Made by a program: the position numbers and the translations under genes. Positions 63,545 through 64,000 of a stretch of DNA of 64,000 bases are shown here, one piece after another. This DNA comes from Intoshia linei (lineage: Eukaryota > Animalia > Orthonectida). Where the stretch lies: assembly GCA_001642005.1 (NCBI GenBank), contig LWCA01000028.1, positions 9,511-73,510 on the forward strand. The letters are read 5' to 3'. The notes under the pieces were generated by a model. The model did not search any database. It was not told the DNA's origin and worked only from the letters and a program-made list of their open reading frames with translations. Within the stretch, counting starts at the first letter, position 1, and each line of letters starts with the position of its first letter.

Positions 63545-63820
63545 CTACGTACAAATAATACCTAGCTCGAGATACTAAGGGCGAACATTTTTAATTCTAC
63601 CAATAAATTAAAACTTACAAAATGATACTATTCACTATTATCAATCCTTTAAAAGAGTGGTTCCCAAACTTGTTTCACCACGGACCGGTAATTTCACATC
63701 ATCTTTTAATTTAAAGTGAATTACCACTTAATTTTAAATTGTTAACATTTGTGTAAAGAATTTTAAAAACAATTTTGTGATCCCATTTTTTTAATTTATT
63801 AGAGAATGAGTGTATAATAG
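63545..63820 (+). repeat. Second copy of the 895-1180 segment, including a hAT left end, in a PACS intron
   Basis: ctacgtacaaata...ctattcactattatcaatcctttaaa.gagtggtt.ccaaactt...gttaacatttgtgtaaagaattttaaaaa is shared with 895-1180. Confidence 0.8.
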
Positions 63821-64000
63821 GGTGTCTACTTTTAACACTTTTTGTTGAATTAGAAAAAGTATATTTTACTGAATTATGGAAATGTAATTTAGAACATAAA
63901 TATCAAGACAAAATTCTTAAGTCTGTAATTTATTCCACCTGAAAAATTTTAAACCTTTTTAAAAAAACTAACTTTATTTAAATTTATTAATTAAAATTAT

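Overview
Very AT-rich, gene-dense animal genomic DNA with many tiny (about 30-45 nt) spliceosomal introns and very divergent proteins. This is consistent with a reduced invertebrate genome such as the orthonectid Intoshia (inference only). Host genes reconstructed by hand, in order: 3' end of a WD40/DCAF4-like gene, FKBP6/shutdown, a GLUT8/Tret1-like sugar transporter, a calmodulin-like EF-hand protein, ATG13, DOT1L, EFHC2, CTR9, an NPY-receptor-like GPCR, EMC3, CLIC/EXC-4, a candidate amidated neuropeptide precursor, a 15 kb WNK kinase gene and the 5' part of PACS. Larger introns and spacers hold decayed hAT (Buster), Tc1 (DD37E), Merlin and Gypsy elements, a Helitron end, MITEs and minisatellite-bearing repeats. 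The main discovery is the 6.8 kb WNK intron (50613-57389). It contains two adjacent endogenous non-retroviral RNA-virus elements: a rhabdovirus-like nucleoprotein fragment and a nodavirus-like RdRp fragment. They sit among Gypsy, hAT, Helitron and Tc1 remnants, and all recognised inserts lie antisense to the WNK transcript, which resembles an intronic piRNA/siRNA-cluster-like archive of viruses and transposons. All homology calls come from remembered family motifs, not from database searches.
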